Under the pieces are notes generated by a model. The model was not told where the DNA came from. It made no database searches and was given only the letters and a program-made list of their open reading frames with translations. From the human T2T-CHM13v2.0 reference genome, Homo sapiens: a stretch of DNA of 64,000 bases. Position numbers and translations under genes: made by a program. Below, piece after piece: positions 1 through 35,720 of the stretch. Position 1 is the first letter of the stretch; each line of letters starts with the position of its first letter. Location of the stretch: NCBI RefSeq assembly GCF_009914755.1, contig NC_060946.1; one strand, 5' to 3'.

Positions 1-193
1 ATTCTCCTGCCTCAGCCTCACGAGCGGCTGGGACCACAGGCACATGCCACCACACCCGGCTCATTTTTTGTATTTTTAGTAGAGATGGGGTTTCACCGTG
101 TTAGCCAGGATGGTCTTGATCTCCTGACCTCGTGATCCACCCGCCTCGGCCTCCCAAAGTGCTGGGATTACAGGCGTGAGCCACCCGCCCGGC
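1..193 (-). mobile_element. Alu (cut by window start)
   Basis: CTCCCAAAGTGCTGGGATTACAGGCGTGAGCCAC consensus. Confidence 0.95.
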
Positions 194-204
194 CTATGTT
201 TGTT

Positions 205-355
205 TATTTTTTTGAGACAGGGTCTTGCTCTGTTGCCCAGGCTGGAGTGCAGTAGTGCAATCATGGCTCACTGTAACCTCTACCTCCTGGGTTCAAGTGA
301 TCCTCACACTCCAGCCTCCTGAGTAGCTGGGACCACAGGTATGCACCAATGTGCC
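205..355 (-). mobile_element. Alu fragment (old, single arm)
   Basis: polyT + GAGACAGGGTCTTGCTCTGTTGCCCAGGCTGGAGTGCAGT. Confidence 0.9.
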
Positions 356-502
356 CTCTTTTATAAGGGCACAGATCCCATTCCTGAGGCTTTGGCTCCA
401 TGACCTGATCTCCTCCTAAAGGCCCCACCTTCTAATGCCATCACCTTGGGGGCTAGGATTTCAGCACATGAATCTGGGGACACAGACATTCAGTCCACAG
501 CA
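356..502. mobile_element. MaLR (MST/MLT1-type) LTR fragment
   Basis: TTATAAGGGCAC..ATCCCATT..GGCCCCACCT..CATCACCTTGGGG..ACATTCAGTCCACAGCA resembles a MaLR LTR end. Confidence 0.7.
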
Positions 503-1135
503 AATGCCAGTTGACTCAGCCTCTTCTTCATCAACAGCAACACAAGAAAGCAACAGTTAGGCAAGACCCATGGGTAGCCCGAACCACAGGTATTGCCAGG
601 GACGTGAGGGGTGTGAGGACCAAGTGCCCAGCTTCCTCTTCACTCATTTGTGTTCACATCTGATTCAGGCGACCTTAAGCCTGGGTATGAGTGGGCGTGC
701 AGGGAGACCTGCTCCCCCATTCGCTGGCCCACCAGACAGGCTGCGGCTCTGACTTCCTTATGGCAATATCTATGACACCAACTGAAAGATGATTTGCTCA
801 GTCTCTTCTGAACCTCGTGTGAAGTGACATTTAATGGTAGCATCCGTAAAGTGTAATCACATTTGATCAATTTTCTTTTGAGTTGCCTGTGAGGAAGGGC
901 AGTGAAGCCATTCCCACTGGGAGCCCGAAGCCCACGCCAGGATGGGTTGGTAGCAGCTCGGAGCCTTGCCCGCCTTGGGGCCTGTCCCAGGAGAGCGGAG
1001 CTCACACGGGCTCCCTGGCTTGGCTCTTCTGGGCTGAAACCAAAGCCCTCAGCACTGCGTTAGCACAGGCTGAATGATGAGATCTTACTTTTTCTATGTC
1101 ATCTCAGCTCACGACACTGATGTTGTGTTTGCCAG

Positions 1136-1354
1136 GGTCACTGTCCACAGCACCCCGGTTAGACGCTCATCTGGGCCAGCACCACAAAGCCTGCTGAGCG
1201 CACGGCGTGTGTCAGCCTTGCCCACACCCGCCAGCCGGCGCTGCTCTGGCCTTCCACCGATGACCCCCAAAACGATGCCCAGGGCCGTGGGCTCTCCCCT
1301 GTGTGTGCCAGCTCGGAGACGTTCCTCTGAGCCCCGCAAGAACTCTGCAATGAG
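1136..1354 (+). CDS. GTSE1: GTSE1 internal coding exon (4th from last)
   Basis: gccAG|GGTCAC ... ATGAG|GTAAGA; 219 nt; encodes VTVHSTPVRRSSGPAPQSLLSARRVSALPTPASRRCSGLPPMTPKT...KNSAMR with SxLP EB1-type motifs (SALP, SGLP). Confidence 0.95.
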
Positions 1355-1620
1355 GTAAGACACGAAGGTGGTAATAAATTGGTCTCAAATTCCTAGGCTT
1401 GCTGTCCCAGACAGTGACATACCTTTTTCTTGCCTTGCTCCAGGTTTTAGTGAAGTAAATAGTATTTGGAAAGTTTGTTTGTTTTTTTTTTCATTGCAAA
1501 GAGAAAATGCAATAGACATGAGCATAGAGGAAAATTAAAGGTATTACAAGGAAATACTGCCTGTAATTCTCTGATAATCAATTTGAAAACCTAATGGTTT
1601 TCTAAAATTTGCAAGTTATT

Positions 1621-1935
1621 GGCCAGGTGTGGTGGCTCACGCCTGTAATCCCAGCACTTTGGGAGGCCGAGGCAGGCAGACTGCCTGAGCTCAGGAGTTT
1701 GAGATCAACCTGGGTAACATGGCAAAACCCCATCTCTACAAAAAATACAAAAATAAGCTAGGTGTGGTGGCGTGCACTGTAGTCCCAGCTATTTAGGGGG
1801 CTGAGGTGGGAGGATCACTTGAGCTCAGGAGGTTGAGGCTGCAGTGAGCTGAGATTGCCCCGTTGCACTCCAGCCTGGGGGACAGAGTGAGACCCCGTCT
1901 GTAAAAATTAAAATAAATAAAATAAATAAAATAAA
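1621..1935 (+). mobile_element. Alu (J-like) with (AAAAT)n tail
   Basis: Full dimer consensus. Confidence 0.95.
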
Positions 1936-2091
1936 ATTTATCTAAATTGACCCAGAACACATGAAGTAAGCCATAGCTGGAGCTCAGAAATGATTAAAGA
2001 TTGAAAAAGGCACCTGATTCCAATGAAGTCACACCTCAGTCGTGTATAACCTTTGAAACAGATCATGCTAGTGTGTAAAGTTAACTATCTT

Positions 2092-2398
2092 AGCCGGGCG
2101 CGGTGGCTCACGCCTGTAATCCCAGCACTTTGGGAGCCCGAGGTGGGCAGATCACGAGGTCAGGAGTTCGAGACCGACCTGGCCAACATGGTGAGACCCT
2201 GTCTGTACTAAAAATACAAAAATTAGCTGGGCATCATGGTGGCATGCGCCTGTAATCCCAGCTACTCAGGCGGCTGAGGCAGGAGAATCACTTGATTCTG
2301 GGAGGCAGAGGTTGGGGTGAGCCAAGATCGCACCACTGCACTCCAGCCTGTGCAACAGAGACCCTGTCTCAAAAAAACGAAAAACAAAACAAAAAAAC
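2092..2398 (+). mobile_element. Alu (S-like)
   Basis: Full dimer consensus. Confidence 0.95.
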
Positions 2399-3387
2399 AT
2401 ATATAATATCCGTGTATTTATACACAAATTACACATTTTTATATATCTTATATGTTTCTGTGTATGTACATCTACCAACAGTAGGTGTTGACACTGTGTG
2501 TATCTATGTAGTTCTATGATAATGCAGAAGACTCTGGAAGAAAATATGCTGGCATGTGTGTGCATTACAGAGGGAGAGGGAAAGGCATGGAATGCCAAAG
2601 AGAAAATGAGAAACAAGGCCTCACTGAAAACACCAGATCTGATATATAAATAGGAATATGTGTTTAACTATCTTGTATGTTTGTAAGTGTAAATGTAGAA
2701 ACAAAATTCTGCTTGTTTTTGGAATTTTCTTATGAAACCTCTGAAGTATTAAAAAGAAGGTACTGTGTGTTAGTTGATGGACCTGCGGCTTTGCTGGGTT
2801 TCCGGAAGGAATTCAGTTTTGCGTGGCAGGTACTCGAGGACCTGTGGGCAGCAGGCAAGCCCAGCAGCGCCCGTGCAGGGTCCTGTGGGAGACGCCATTG
2901 GAAAGCTGGTGTGGGCAGCCTGTACCTGGGGCCTCAGCCCTGATCAGGGCACTGGGCAGCAGGGGAGGGGGCATCTGGGGCAGAAGGAGCCAGCTGCATA
3001 CCCACCTAGGCCTAGGAGAAGCCCCCCACTAGCTGCATGCGAGGAGGAGCTGGCCGTGGCTCAAGGAGGGGTCCCTGTGTGTGGTCTGGGCTCCCTTCAG
3101 GAGGTGACGGGCGTGCGCATTACCTTGTGTTTAGTAACTAGAAAGGAAGGGGCTAACATCAGCCCCTGGTGATGCTGGACAGCTAAGATTTGTGAGCTGA
3201 GAGGAACTGGAGAGATCACTGAGCCCCTTCCATACACAGGAAACTGGGGGTCTGGAGGGTGAAGGCCCTAGAGCCGGGACGCACTCCACCCAGGACACTG
3301 TTCCTCCAGAGTGACTTGCTTCCCACATCAGCCAAGTGAACGAGCATTTTAGAGACATTTCCTCATAAGTTTTTTTCCTTCCCACAG

Positions 3388-3589
3388 AACTGAACCAACA
3401 AGGGAGAGCAACAGAAAGACAGATTCCAGGCTGGTGGATGTGTCCCCTGACAGGGGTTCTCCTCCTTCCCGTGTGCCTCAGGCACTTAACTTTTCTCCAG
3501 AGGAAAGCGATTCTACTTTCTCCAAAAGTACTGCCACAGAAGTAGCTCGGGAGGAAGCCAAGCCGGGTGGAGATGCAGCCCCTAGTGAG
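3388..3589 (+). CDS. GTSE1: GTSE1 internal coding exon
   Basis: ttcccacAG|AACTG ... AGTGAG|GTGGGC; 202 nt, phase 2 to 0; TEPTRESNRKTDSRLVDVSPDRGSPPSRVPQALNFSPEESD...AAPSE. Confidence 0.95.
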
Positions 3590-4057
3590 GTGGGCAGAAC
3601 GGGCGCAGCTGGGTTCTGTTAGCTGAGATTCCTGGAGGCTGCTCGGGAAGCCCGTGGAACCCAGGGCTGTGGCTGGCGGAGTTCCCTGCCATGCTTCATC
3701 CTGGGGCCAGTGCCTCCGTGCCAAGCAACCCAAAGGGAGGCAGTCAGGACTTCCAGGCCTCCAGGGGAGAAAGCCCTGCATTTGACTAAGGCAAGGGTCA
3801 GGGATCAAAGCTGAGGAAGCGGGAAGCAGGGTGGCAGGAGCTGGTGGCTGCTGGTGAGCGGGTATGGACAGGGAGGTGGGCAACAGTCAGAGAGGCACGG
3901 CCCACCCCATACAGAGCCTCCTTCCACCAAGGCCCCGCCTGATTCCTTGGCTTTCCAAACCGCCAGCCCACCTGGAACATGAGCAAAGCTCACATTCTCC
4001 CAAGATGGTTGCCAGAAAGATGCTGGACTCTGCTCTTAACCTTGGTTTTGTACCCAG

Positions 4058-4267
4058 GCTCTTCTTGTAGATATCAAACTGGAACCACTCGCGGTCACTC
4101 CAGATGCTGCAAGCCAGCCCCTCATTGACCTTCCTCTCATCGACTTCTGCGATACCCCAGAAGCACACGTGGCTGTAGGATCTGAAAGCAGGCCTCTGAT
4201 CGACCTCATGACAAACACTCCAGACATGAATAAAAATGTGGCCAAACCTTCACCGGTGGTGGGACAG
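4058..4267 (+). CDS. GTSE1: GTSE1 penultimate coding exon (LID clathrin-binding motifs)
   Basis: tacccAG|GCTCTT ... GGACAG|GTGAGA; 210 nt; ALLVDIKLEPLAVTPDAASQPLIDLPLIDFCDTPEAH...PLIDLMTNTPD...VVGQ. Confidence 0.96.
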
Positions 4268-4746
4268 GTGAGAAGTGGCAGGTGGTTCATGTTGACTCAG
4301 CCCTGGGTGTCCTCAGTTCTGGGATTGTTCATCCTCCCAGGGCCATCGTGGGACCCTTGAGAGTGGCTGTTGAGTCTTCTCAGCTACACACCTCAGGGCA
4401 GGATGCACCTTTGGCAGCCTGAGCTTCTCAAAGATCAGCTGCCTCTGAGGTGCCCTGCCAGGACCCTGCCAGCTCTTGTTGGACAGGGACCGCCTCTCTC
4501 CTGCCCATAGACCCCAGGGCCAGATGTGGGACAGAGGAATGTGCATGGTGGGGGCCTGGGCTTCTCCGTGTGTGTCCTGTCTCCTTCCAGCTTCTTAGAC
4601 GTGGTGGCCCAGAGTGCTTTTCAGTGCACCCGAGCCAGGATGAGCGAGTGGCTGTGATGACCCACGCAGCCAGTCCTCTGTGCAGGGAGGGGAAGGGAGG
4701 CCCTAGCCGGATCCACGCTCACCTCCTCCACTCTGCTCTCTTCCAG

Positions 4747-4830
4747 CTCATAGACCTGAGCTCCCCTCTGATCCAGCTGAGCCCTGAGGCTGACAAGGAG
4801 AACGTGGATTCCCCACTCCTCAAGTTCTAA
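4747..4830 (+). CDS. GTSE1: GTSE1 last coding exon
   Basis: ctcttccAG|CTCATA; LIDLSSPLIQLSPEADKENVDSPLLKF-TAA, containing a KEN box. Confidence 0.96.
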   Translation, partial: LIDLSSPLIQLSPEADKENVDSPLLKF

Positions 4831-4899
4831 GCCGAACCAAATCCTTTGCCTTGAAAGAACAGCCCTAAAGTGGTTTTCAACCCTCAGAAACAAGCTTTA

Positions 4900-5201
4900 G
4901 GCTGGTCGCAGTGGCTTACACTTGTAACCCTAGAACTTGGGAGGCTGAGGTGGGCGGATTACTTGAGCCCAGGAGTTCGGGACCAGCCTGGGAAATATAG
5001 TGAAACTCCTGTCCCTACAAAAAATACAAAAATTAGCCGGGTGTGGTAGTGCATGCCTGTAGTCCCAGCTACTTGGGAGGCTGAAGTGGGAGGATGGCCT
5101 GAGCTCAAGGAGATGCAGGCTGCAGTGGGCTGTGATTGTGCCACTGCACTCCAGCCTGGGCACCAATGTGAGAACCTGTCTTGGAAAAAAAAAAAAAGAA
5201 A
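4900..5201 (+). mobile_element. Alu (J-like) in GTSE1 3'UTR
   Basis: Full dimer 70 nt after the stop codon. Confidence 0.95.
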
Positions 5202-5486
5202 CATGTTTTAGTAGAAGTTTTATTTGAAAAAGAAAAATAAGCATAAATATATTCCCAGTGCTGGAGAGGGTGGGCTGAGGGACTGGGGCCAGCACGGACC
5301 ACCCAAGGCCTCTGCTTCCCGCCGCCACCCTCCTCGCTGCCATTCTCTGGGCTGGAATGTGAAGCCTCAGTCACTCTAAATGAAGAATTTTCTTTTGAAT
5401 GTTTTGTATGTAAAATAGCAAGTGGCTATTTTTAAAGTTAAGTTTGTATAAATAGTTAGATATTCTAGATTTACATTAAATTGTAA

Positions 5487-5492
5487 AATAAA
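5487..5492 (+). terminator. GTSE1: GTSE1 polyadenylation signal (second AATAAA at 5630-5635)
   Basis: AATAAA in AT-rich 3'UTR followed by U-rich sequence. Confidence 0.7.
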
Positions 5493-7879
5493 TGGACTTA
5501 TTGAAGCATATCTTGATTTTTAAGCTTATCTTGATTTTCAAACATGCATAGCTATTTTTATCACTCTAATCAGTAAGGCTACTATCTAGACTCGAATGCT
5601 TTCATACAAGTGATTTTCAAAAATTAGTCAATAAAAATTGATGTCAGTGCAGGCCCAGGCCCGCCCCCAGATACACTAGTTTCTAGGTCTGGGGCCAGCC
5701 TAGTAATTGTTACTAGGCACACAGGTGATGCTGACTCGATGGCCTGAGACACACCCCTTGAGAAGAAGCTGCTCTGGGGAGACGAGGGTATGAGTGGAAA
5801 GAGGATGGGCGAGGAGGCCGGGCTTACCTGGACACTAAGGTGATGGACGGCGTCTGCTGGGCAGGCCTCGGGGAGGACCCCTCAGCTTTGCTCTCAGCAG
5901 GGGCCCGACAAGCTCAGTGGGCAGTGGCAGGAACTGAGTGCCACTGGAAAGCCCATTCCCTTTATTTAGAAAACGAGCTCCAGGAAGCCGCTACTTTGTG
6001 TCCATTTCTCTTGAGGAAACTTACCACCTTGGTTGAGCGGCTTCATGGCAGACAGCAGCGAGCCAGCGGCCGGACTCTGTATTTCGGACCCCACTCCAGT
6101 GCTCCCTGGGTCATACCAGGATCTGCCTCTGTCCACAAAGATGAGGGAAAATGATGACTGTGCTGTGCTCTCTACTTCCTGCGGTTACTGCGTGATTCTA
6201 AAGCTGCCACTCGGAACAGCGAGTCCTCTGCCGTCGAGAGCAGGGAGGGGTAGGGTGGACAGGCGATGCCGTGGAAAGACGTCTCGGTGGAAACTGCCAT
6301 GGTGGAAAGGTGGCGCGCTTCTCACGGCTGAGTTGCTGCGCCTGCAGACGGAAGCTCCCCACAGGCAGAGCTGCTTGGATGTGTGAGTCATGAAGCCAGA
6401 GAAGCCCCGCTCCACGAGCAGTGACTCCCCAGGTAAGACTTTCAGCCAGTCCTGCGCTGGCCAGAGTCGCCGGGCCCGTGGGAATCACGGCGGCTCCACG
6501 TCTCCGGGACAGCAGGGAATCCCAGGGGCCTGGTAGTGACACCGGAGGGTCCTCAGGGAACCTCTGGTCTGGCCCTCATTTCCCAGGGGTAGAAAAGGAA
6601 ATCTGAAATTGGATTAAACCATGCAGCAAATATTTACTGAGGCTCTGCTATGGGTCAGGCTGTTTTCTGCTGGGTGCCGCGGGGTGCAGCGCTCAGGTAC
6701 CCCTTCCCTCTTAGGGCTTCCCACTGGGTAGAGGAGGGAGATGTTCAGCTCCCAGCTCATCTGTAACCAAGCTGTGCCTCAGTTGTCTCCATTCAGGCCC
6801 TGGGGGTGAGCCCAGCCTTTGGCCTGTGGCCCCAATCCCGCTGCTGGGGCTCCTCCCCCCTGTGCCCTTCCCCTCCCCGGTGCGGCTTCAGTGCAGCCAG
6901 GCTCTCCTTGGTACCCAGGCCAGACAGAGTGATCTGACTTTAACTCTCTACAGACAGACAGGAAGAGGGCCCAGGAGCAGGAGCTGGACAGAGCAGAGCT
7001 GCTCCTGTCCTGAGGCTCCAGGCCCATTCCTTTCTGTCTGGGTTTCTCCACTGGGCTCTTCCTGCCGAAGCCACCCAGTCTGAGCTCCCCCACTCCCTCT
7101 CCTGGTACACAGGCCCTTGGTTCACCCCTCAGAGGGCTCCGGGTGGGAAGATGCACAGTTAGTTGGAGACTGAAGGGCTCCGTGGCCCCAGGAGGGCCAG
7201 CCCCTTTCTCCATAGGATGGCACCGAACACCTCAGCTGCCACTGGAGGGCCACCCTCCCAGGTCCAAGACGTCCAACTTCATGTGATTTTTTACCACATT
7301 TCATTAATTTTGTGGAGCAAATGTCTTCCCATTTTACATCTCTGAAATCCACGTCTCTGACATTGCTGTTGGCAGGCGGCACCTGGGATGTCGTCATCCT
7401 GGCCATAACTAGCCTGTAGTGGACCTGGGTGATACACAGGGGCCTCTTGGAGCTACGGAGTACCTAAAATACCATATAGTTAACCAAAAAGTAGCAGAAA
7501 ATATGTGAGCATGGATCTCAGCCATTTTGCGGGTTGGCTGCAACTGGGACTTAACCTGCCATAACCTTAGATCAGCCTGCCACACCCAAGGAGGGCCTGC
7601 CCCCAGACCCAGACTCAAGTTTAGACACAGCCTAAACGTGTACCTCTAAATCTGCACAAACTCAGCTGCCCAGATACTGGATTTCCTTATCTCTTCCGGG
7701 AAATGCAAGATGAAATTGCCCTCCTGTTGGGTATTTTCCTGATCCTTTATTCTGAAAAAGTGGTCATCCTTTTCCCCACAGGCCCTGTGACCTCCCTCCT
7801 GTCTTGCAGCTCCTCCTGGCACCAGTCCCCAGGGCTCTCCTGTTGGTAGTTCCTGCTTTTCTTCTTGGAAATTCCTCGT

Positions 7880-8425
7880 GGACCTCGAGATCTTTACCCT
7901 AAAATAGTTCTGTTGAATTTCACCCTGGCAATGTAAATTGATAGCTTATCTTCACAGATGCCAGACAATGGACAACTCACCATCAGTCCTCTGCTCACCT
8001 GAGACAAATGCATGTCTGATTGCTTCCTCTGCCCTATTGTTTATGTGAAAATGCAGATTCACTGAGCCAGACTAAGGCATCAGTGACTGTTCCTCTACCT
8101 GCCTCTCACATGGAGATTGTGTATTCAGTGAAAGGCTGATCAAAGACCCAAAGGAATGCAACAGTTTATCTCTTATCTACCTATGACCTGCGAGCTGCCC
8201 ACCACCCCCAGTTGTTGCGCCTTTCCAGACAGAACCAGTGTACATCTTACACGTATTAATTGATGTCCTGTGTCTCCCTAATATGTATCAAAGCAAGCTG
8301 TGCCTCGACCACCTTGGGCACATATCCTCAGGACATCATCCTGAGGCTGTGTCACTGGCATGTCCTTAACCTTGGCAAAATAAACTTTCTAAATTGAAAC
8401 CTGTCTCAGGTACTTTGGGTTCATA
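7880..8425 (+). mobile_element. MER4-family ERV1 LTR (partial)
   Basis: CTCTGCTCACCTGAGACAAATGCAT..TGCAGATTCACTGAGCCAGACTAA..GACCACCTTGGGCACAT..AATAAAC matches my recollection of the MER4 LTR. Confidence 0.75.
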
Positions 8426-8439
8426 CCACAAGAGGGTTC

Positions 8440-9110
<671 letters not shown>

Positions 9111-9339
9111 TAGGTAGACCTTGTCTAGATGCTAACTCGTAGAGAAGAACTCAGCTTGAATATCACCCCTGGGGGATGACCTCCATTCTCTCCTCCTTCC
9201 TTTATTCAGCGAGGTTATGAAGCACCTGCCCTGGGCCAGGGGCTTTTCTGGGCATGGAGTAGGAGTGGACAGAACACAAAACCCCTGTCCAACACACCTC
9301 ACAGACATTAAGGATTGAGTGCTGAGTATGCTTGGAGTC

Positions 9340-31705
<22,366 letters not shown>

Positions 31706-32017
31706 CAGAGATGGATCTGCTAGAAGGAACCTGGAGAGCAGGACCCATGGCTGGGCGGCTGGTGAGCAGTCCAGGTGCCCAAGGGCCAGCTTGCTGCTGC
31801 CCAAAGCAGAGGAAGCCGGGCTGGCTGAGGGTCCGAAAAGCCTGCAGGGGCCCGGCGAGCCCCAGGAAGAGCCTCAGCTCCAGGCTGGGGCTCTGGCTGC
31901 TGGAGCATCTGCTGGCTGGTGGGGTGGCCCGAGTTCCCCTTCACCGCCCCCAGGGAGGGTTTCCCACCTCAGAGTACACCGAGGGGACCTGCAGAGGGGG
32001 CTGTCGGGACAGCGTGG

Positions 32018-32023
32018 AATAAA
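32018..32023 (+). terminator. TRMU: TRMU polyadenylation signal
   Basis: First AATAAA downstream of the stop codon (~310 nt). Confidence 0.85.
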
Positions 32024-33765
32024 CATTATTTCAAGGACACATAGTCTGATCGCTGCTTCCACTGGGGCCCAGGGGGCTCCACATCACTGACTCCCTGGCG
32101 TGGAAAGGCAGGTGGACTGCAGACGCAGCCATGGCAACCTGCGTACCTCTCCCTGAGGTCCCAGCTGCTCCATCCTCTGCCCCCGTATCCCTGCTCCTGG
32201 ACTCCAGAGTAGGTGCCTGCGATGCTGACCTGTGTCCTTGGCTCTCTTCCTCTTGCTGGGCTTGAGTCCTTCGTAGCGTGTTGTTGGTGCCTCAAGACAG
32301 GTTCCTGCGGGGACCAGAGGTGCATTCCCCTTCTCTGGGTGGGAAGGTTCCAGAGGCAGCCAGGTGGTGCGCAGAGGGCCTTGCCCAGATGCCCTGAGTT
32401 CTTGCTGGTGCGTCAGGGTGGGGGCTGCCATGGGGCCCACTGTCCATCCTGACCCCTCCTCCCATCTCCCCACTGGGTGTCCCCTGACCTGGGGCACCCT
32501 TCCTTCTAGCCTAGGCCCCCACGCAGCAGGGAGTGTCCTGAGGGTGAGGAGTGGGCCAGAACCCCGCAGGCCAGGTGAGGAAACGGGGCCTAAGGTGGAG
32601 CCGTGGCCCTTGCTGGGCTGGGGTGGGGAGGTGGGGGGTGTGGGGTCAGTGCTGCCCTGGCCAGGGGCAAGCCCCAGCTCTACCAGGCAGGCAGAGCGCT
32701 GGCCAGTGGGACCAGACAGGCCCCTGGGGATCCTCGGCCCAGCTGGGCATGGAGGCCGAGCTAAAGCGCCGCGTTTGTTCTGCCAGCTCAGCCCAGCACG
32801 GAGCCTCCCTGGGCTCAGGGGTTCCCTGATTTATGGCTGTGGTCGGGCCTCCAGCCTGGGAACTGAGGGTGGGAGAGCCCTTGTGGTGCCTACTGCTCTG
32901 CCCTAGGTGAACCCTCCCAGGTCACAGAAACATGAGTAGGTGGGAGGTGGGGCAGCCAGGCAGAAGGTGGTGTGGGCACCAGGCCAGCAGCGCTAAGGCT
33001 GCCCCCGCTCCAACCTCCAGCGGGCTCCACCGTCCTGCCAGCCTCAGGGCCTGTGCATCGGCCAGTGGAGGAAGCGGGGACACAAACCTGCCTCTGCCCC
33101 CTTGAGCCCCCAGGCTCCATGGTGACAGCTTCCTGACTGGCAGGGCTCCCCTCTCTAGCAGGCACAATGGCCTGCCCTGCCCCCTACAAGGCCACTGGCC
33201 AACTCTGGAGGGCTTTGGTGCGATGTCTCAGAGATTCAGCAGAAACTGTTGGCCAGGGGACCAAGTCTCCAGGCTGCTCTTCTGGCCTCTTTCCTACCCT
33301 CCCCAGCACCCAAGGCTGGCACACTCCAGAGGCTGTGCCCCTCAGATGACTTCTTGAAGACCTGGGGGCCTCCAGGAGCACAGGTAGCTAGGTAGCCCCT
33401 TCTGCCTGCAAGGGTACCCCCAGTGGCCTGGCCTTAGCCCCTTGCCACACCTATCCATGAAGACGATGGGGGAACATTTTCCAGGCCAAGAGCTGGGTGC
33501 CTGTACACCTACACCTACTCCCTGCTTGTGATACAAATGAAAGCAAAGCCCTCGCTCTCCTCTCCCCCTACGTTGTTCCCGGATAATCTCAGTGATACAT
33601 GGGTCCTAGGATGATGCCCCCTCACCTCACACCTGGGAGGCTCCTTCCCGAGGCCCTGAGCTGGTTTCAAACACCCTGAGCCTGCCTTCTCCCCAGTCTC
33701 TGGCTCCCATGTTGCCCTGTGCCGGAGCCTTGCCTGGGCCCAAGCCCCTTCCTTCTTGGGGAGGT

Positions 33766-34127
33766 TTCTTTTTTTTTCTTTTCAAGAGACAGGGTCTTGC
33801 TCTGTTACCCAGGCTGGAGCGCAGTGGTGTGATCACAGCTCACTGCAGCCTTGACCTCCCAAGTAGCTGGGACAACAGGCATACACCACCACACCCAGCT
33901 AACTTTAATTTTGTTTTAGAAACAGTCTTGCTATGTTGTCTAGGCTGGTCTTGAGCTCCTGGCCTCAAGCGATCTTGCCTCAGCCTCCCAAAGCACTGGG
34001 ACTACAGGCATGATCCACTGTGCTAAGTTTTAAAAACTGTAGAGATGGAGTCCTGCTGTGTTGCCCAGTCTGGTCTGGAACTCCCGCCTCAGCCAGCCAC
34101 TGTTGGGATTACAGACATGGACCACTG
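33766..34127 (-). mobile_element. Composite old Alu (dimer plus extra arm)
   Basis: Antisense consensus with deletions. Confidence 0.85.
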
Positions 34128-34201
34128 CCTGACCCTCCTGGGGGTCTTAACAAGCCTTGCCTCCAGGCTGAGGAGCCCAAGGCGAGGCTGAAGCTGTGAC
34201 T

Positions 34202-34267
34202 GAAGCAGCTGCGGTCACCCCTGTTACCTGGGCCGAAGCAGCTGTAGTCACCCCTGTCACCTGGGCC
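34202..34267. repeat. 33-bp tandem duplication
   Basis: GAAGCAGCTG(CG/TA)GTCACCCCTGT(T/C)ACCTGGGCC x2. Confidence 0.9.
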
Positions 34268-35159
34268 GGGGGAGTCGACGCCCTGTGGCTTGGCCGGTGT
34301 TTGTGCTGTCATCTGTTCAGGCAGGATCACAGAGGGGCTCGTTCAGCCCTCACCCGTCACGGTCTGCTGCGGATGCTCTGCGGAGCACTTCGTGGTCCTC
34401 ACATGGACATCCTGGCCTGGCTGATGGACAGGCCTGCTCCGGGCTACCTGGACTGCTTTCTCTCTCTCAGATGCTTCTAGTATTTTCCTGCTAATCATGG
34501 CTTTGGGGTTGAGGTAGAAATATTCTATCATGTTAGCCACTGAGCATTCTAGGATGTAAACGTTAGCAGGTGAACTGAGGAGAAAGCAACAACTTGAAAA
34601 ATGACCTCAGGCACATGGGTGGTTTTTCCTCTCTCAGATTTGACCCGGGGGTGGCCCTAATCTGTGGTCCTGTGCAGCCAGCACCAGGGCAACAACTCCA
34701 GAGAGGCCTGGGAAACGGGGGCACTGTGGACTAGAGAGGGTTGGGGTTCCCATTTTTCTCTCTTTGCTGTCACTACTTTTCCTTAAGGGTGAGCCCTGTT
34801 TCCTTAAGGGTGGAAGCGTGAGACAGTGCAGGTGGCTAGAGCTCTGGGAGAAACCCATCTTTCTGGACAGAGAAACCAAGAAAAGGGACCCCAGAAGTGA
34901 GAAAATGCAAGGCAAATTCCAGCAAGGAGAGTGCTGGAGAAGCAGACCCCCAGATTCTCTACATGTGCTGACACACGTCCCTGCCCACCCCACCTGTGAG
35001 TGCAGGCAACGACCCAAAACAGCACAGCCAAGGCCAAGGGCTGACCTGGTGGTGGACCTGCTGCTCGTGGAAAGAGAGACAGAACCAGTGGTCAGAACCT
35101 AAACCAGGTTGCCTGCTGCTGAAACAAACACATGAAATGACACTTACAACGAGGGTGTT

Positions 35160-35720
35160 AACAACCCAGAGTCTAACCTAACATTCCACATGACGAGTGA
35201 GGATTCAACTTGCAGTTACTCAGCACACAACCAGGAAAATGCAAACAGAAAAGACGATTTCAGCCCCAAGATGCTCAAACGTTCAAATTATCCCAGAATT
35301 CACTGCAGTCCTAGTTATAACCATGCTTCATGAAGTAAAGGTGAACACTCTTGGAATGAGTGGAAAACCAGAAGTACCCAGCAGAGAAATAAAAAGGAAC
35401 CTAATGGAAATTTTAAAACTTAATTACAGTATTTGAAATAAATTCACTGGGTGAGTTCAGTAGCAGAATTAAGACGACAGAGGAAAAAAAATCAGTGAAC
35501 TTGAAGACGGAGCACCAGAAATAGCCAAATCTGAAGGACAGACAGAAAAAAGAATGAAGAAAGGTGAACAGAGCCTCAGGGACCAGTGGGAAAACATCAA
35601 GAGGTCTAACGTCTGAGTCACTGGAGTCACAGAAGGAGAGGAGAAAGATCAGTGCAAGAAAAGAAAACTGAAGAAATAATGGCAAAAAAAAAAAGTCCTC
35701 AAATTTGGTGAAAGACAAAA
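35160..35720 (+). mobile_element. Old L1 (L1M) ORF1 fragment
   Basis: Degenerate translation NSLGEFSSRIKTTEEK-SELED..EQSLRDQWENIKRSNV*VTGVTEGEE typical of L1 ORF1p. Confidence 0.8.
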
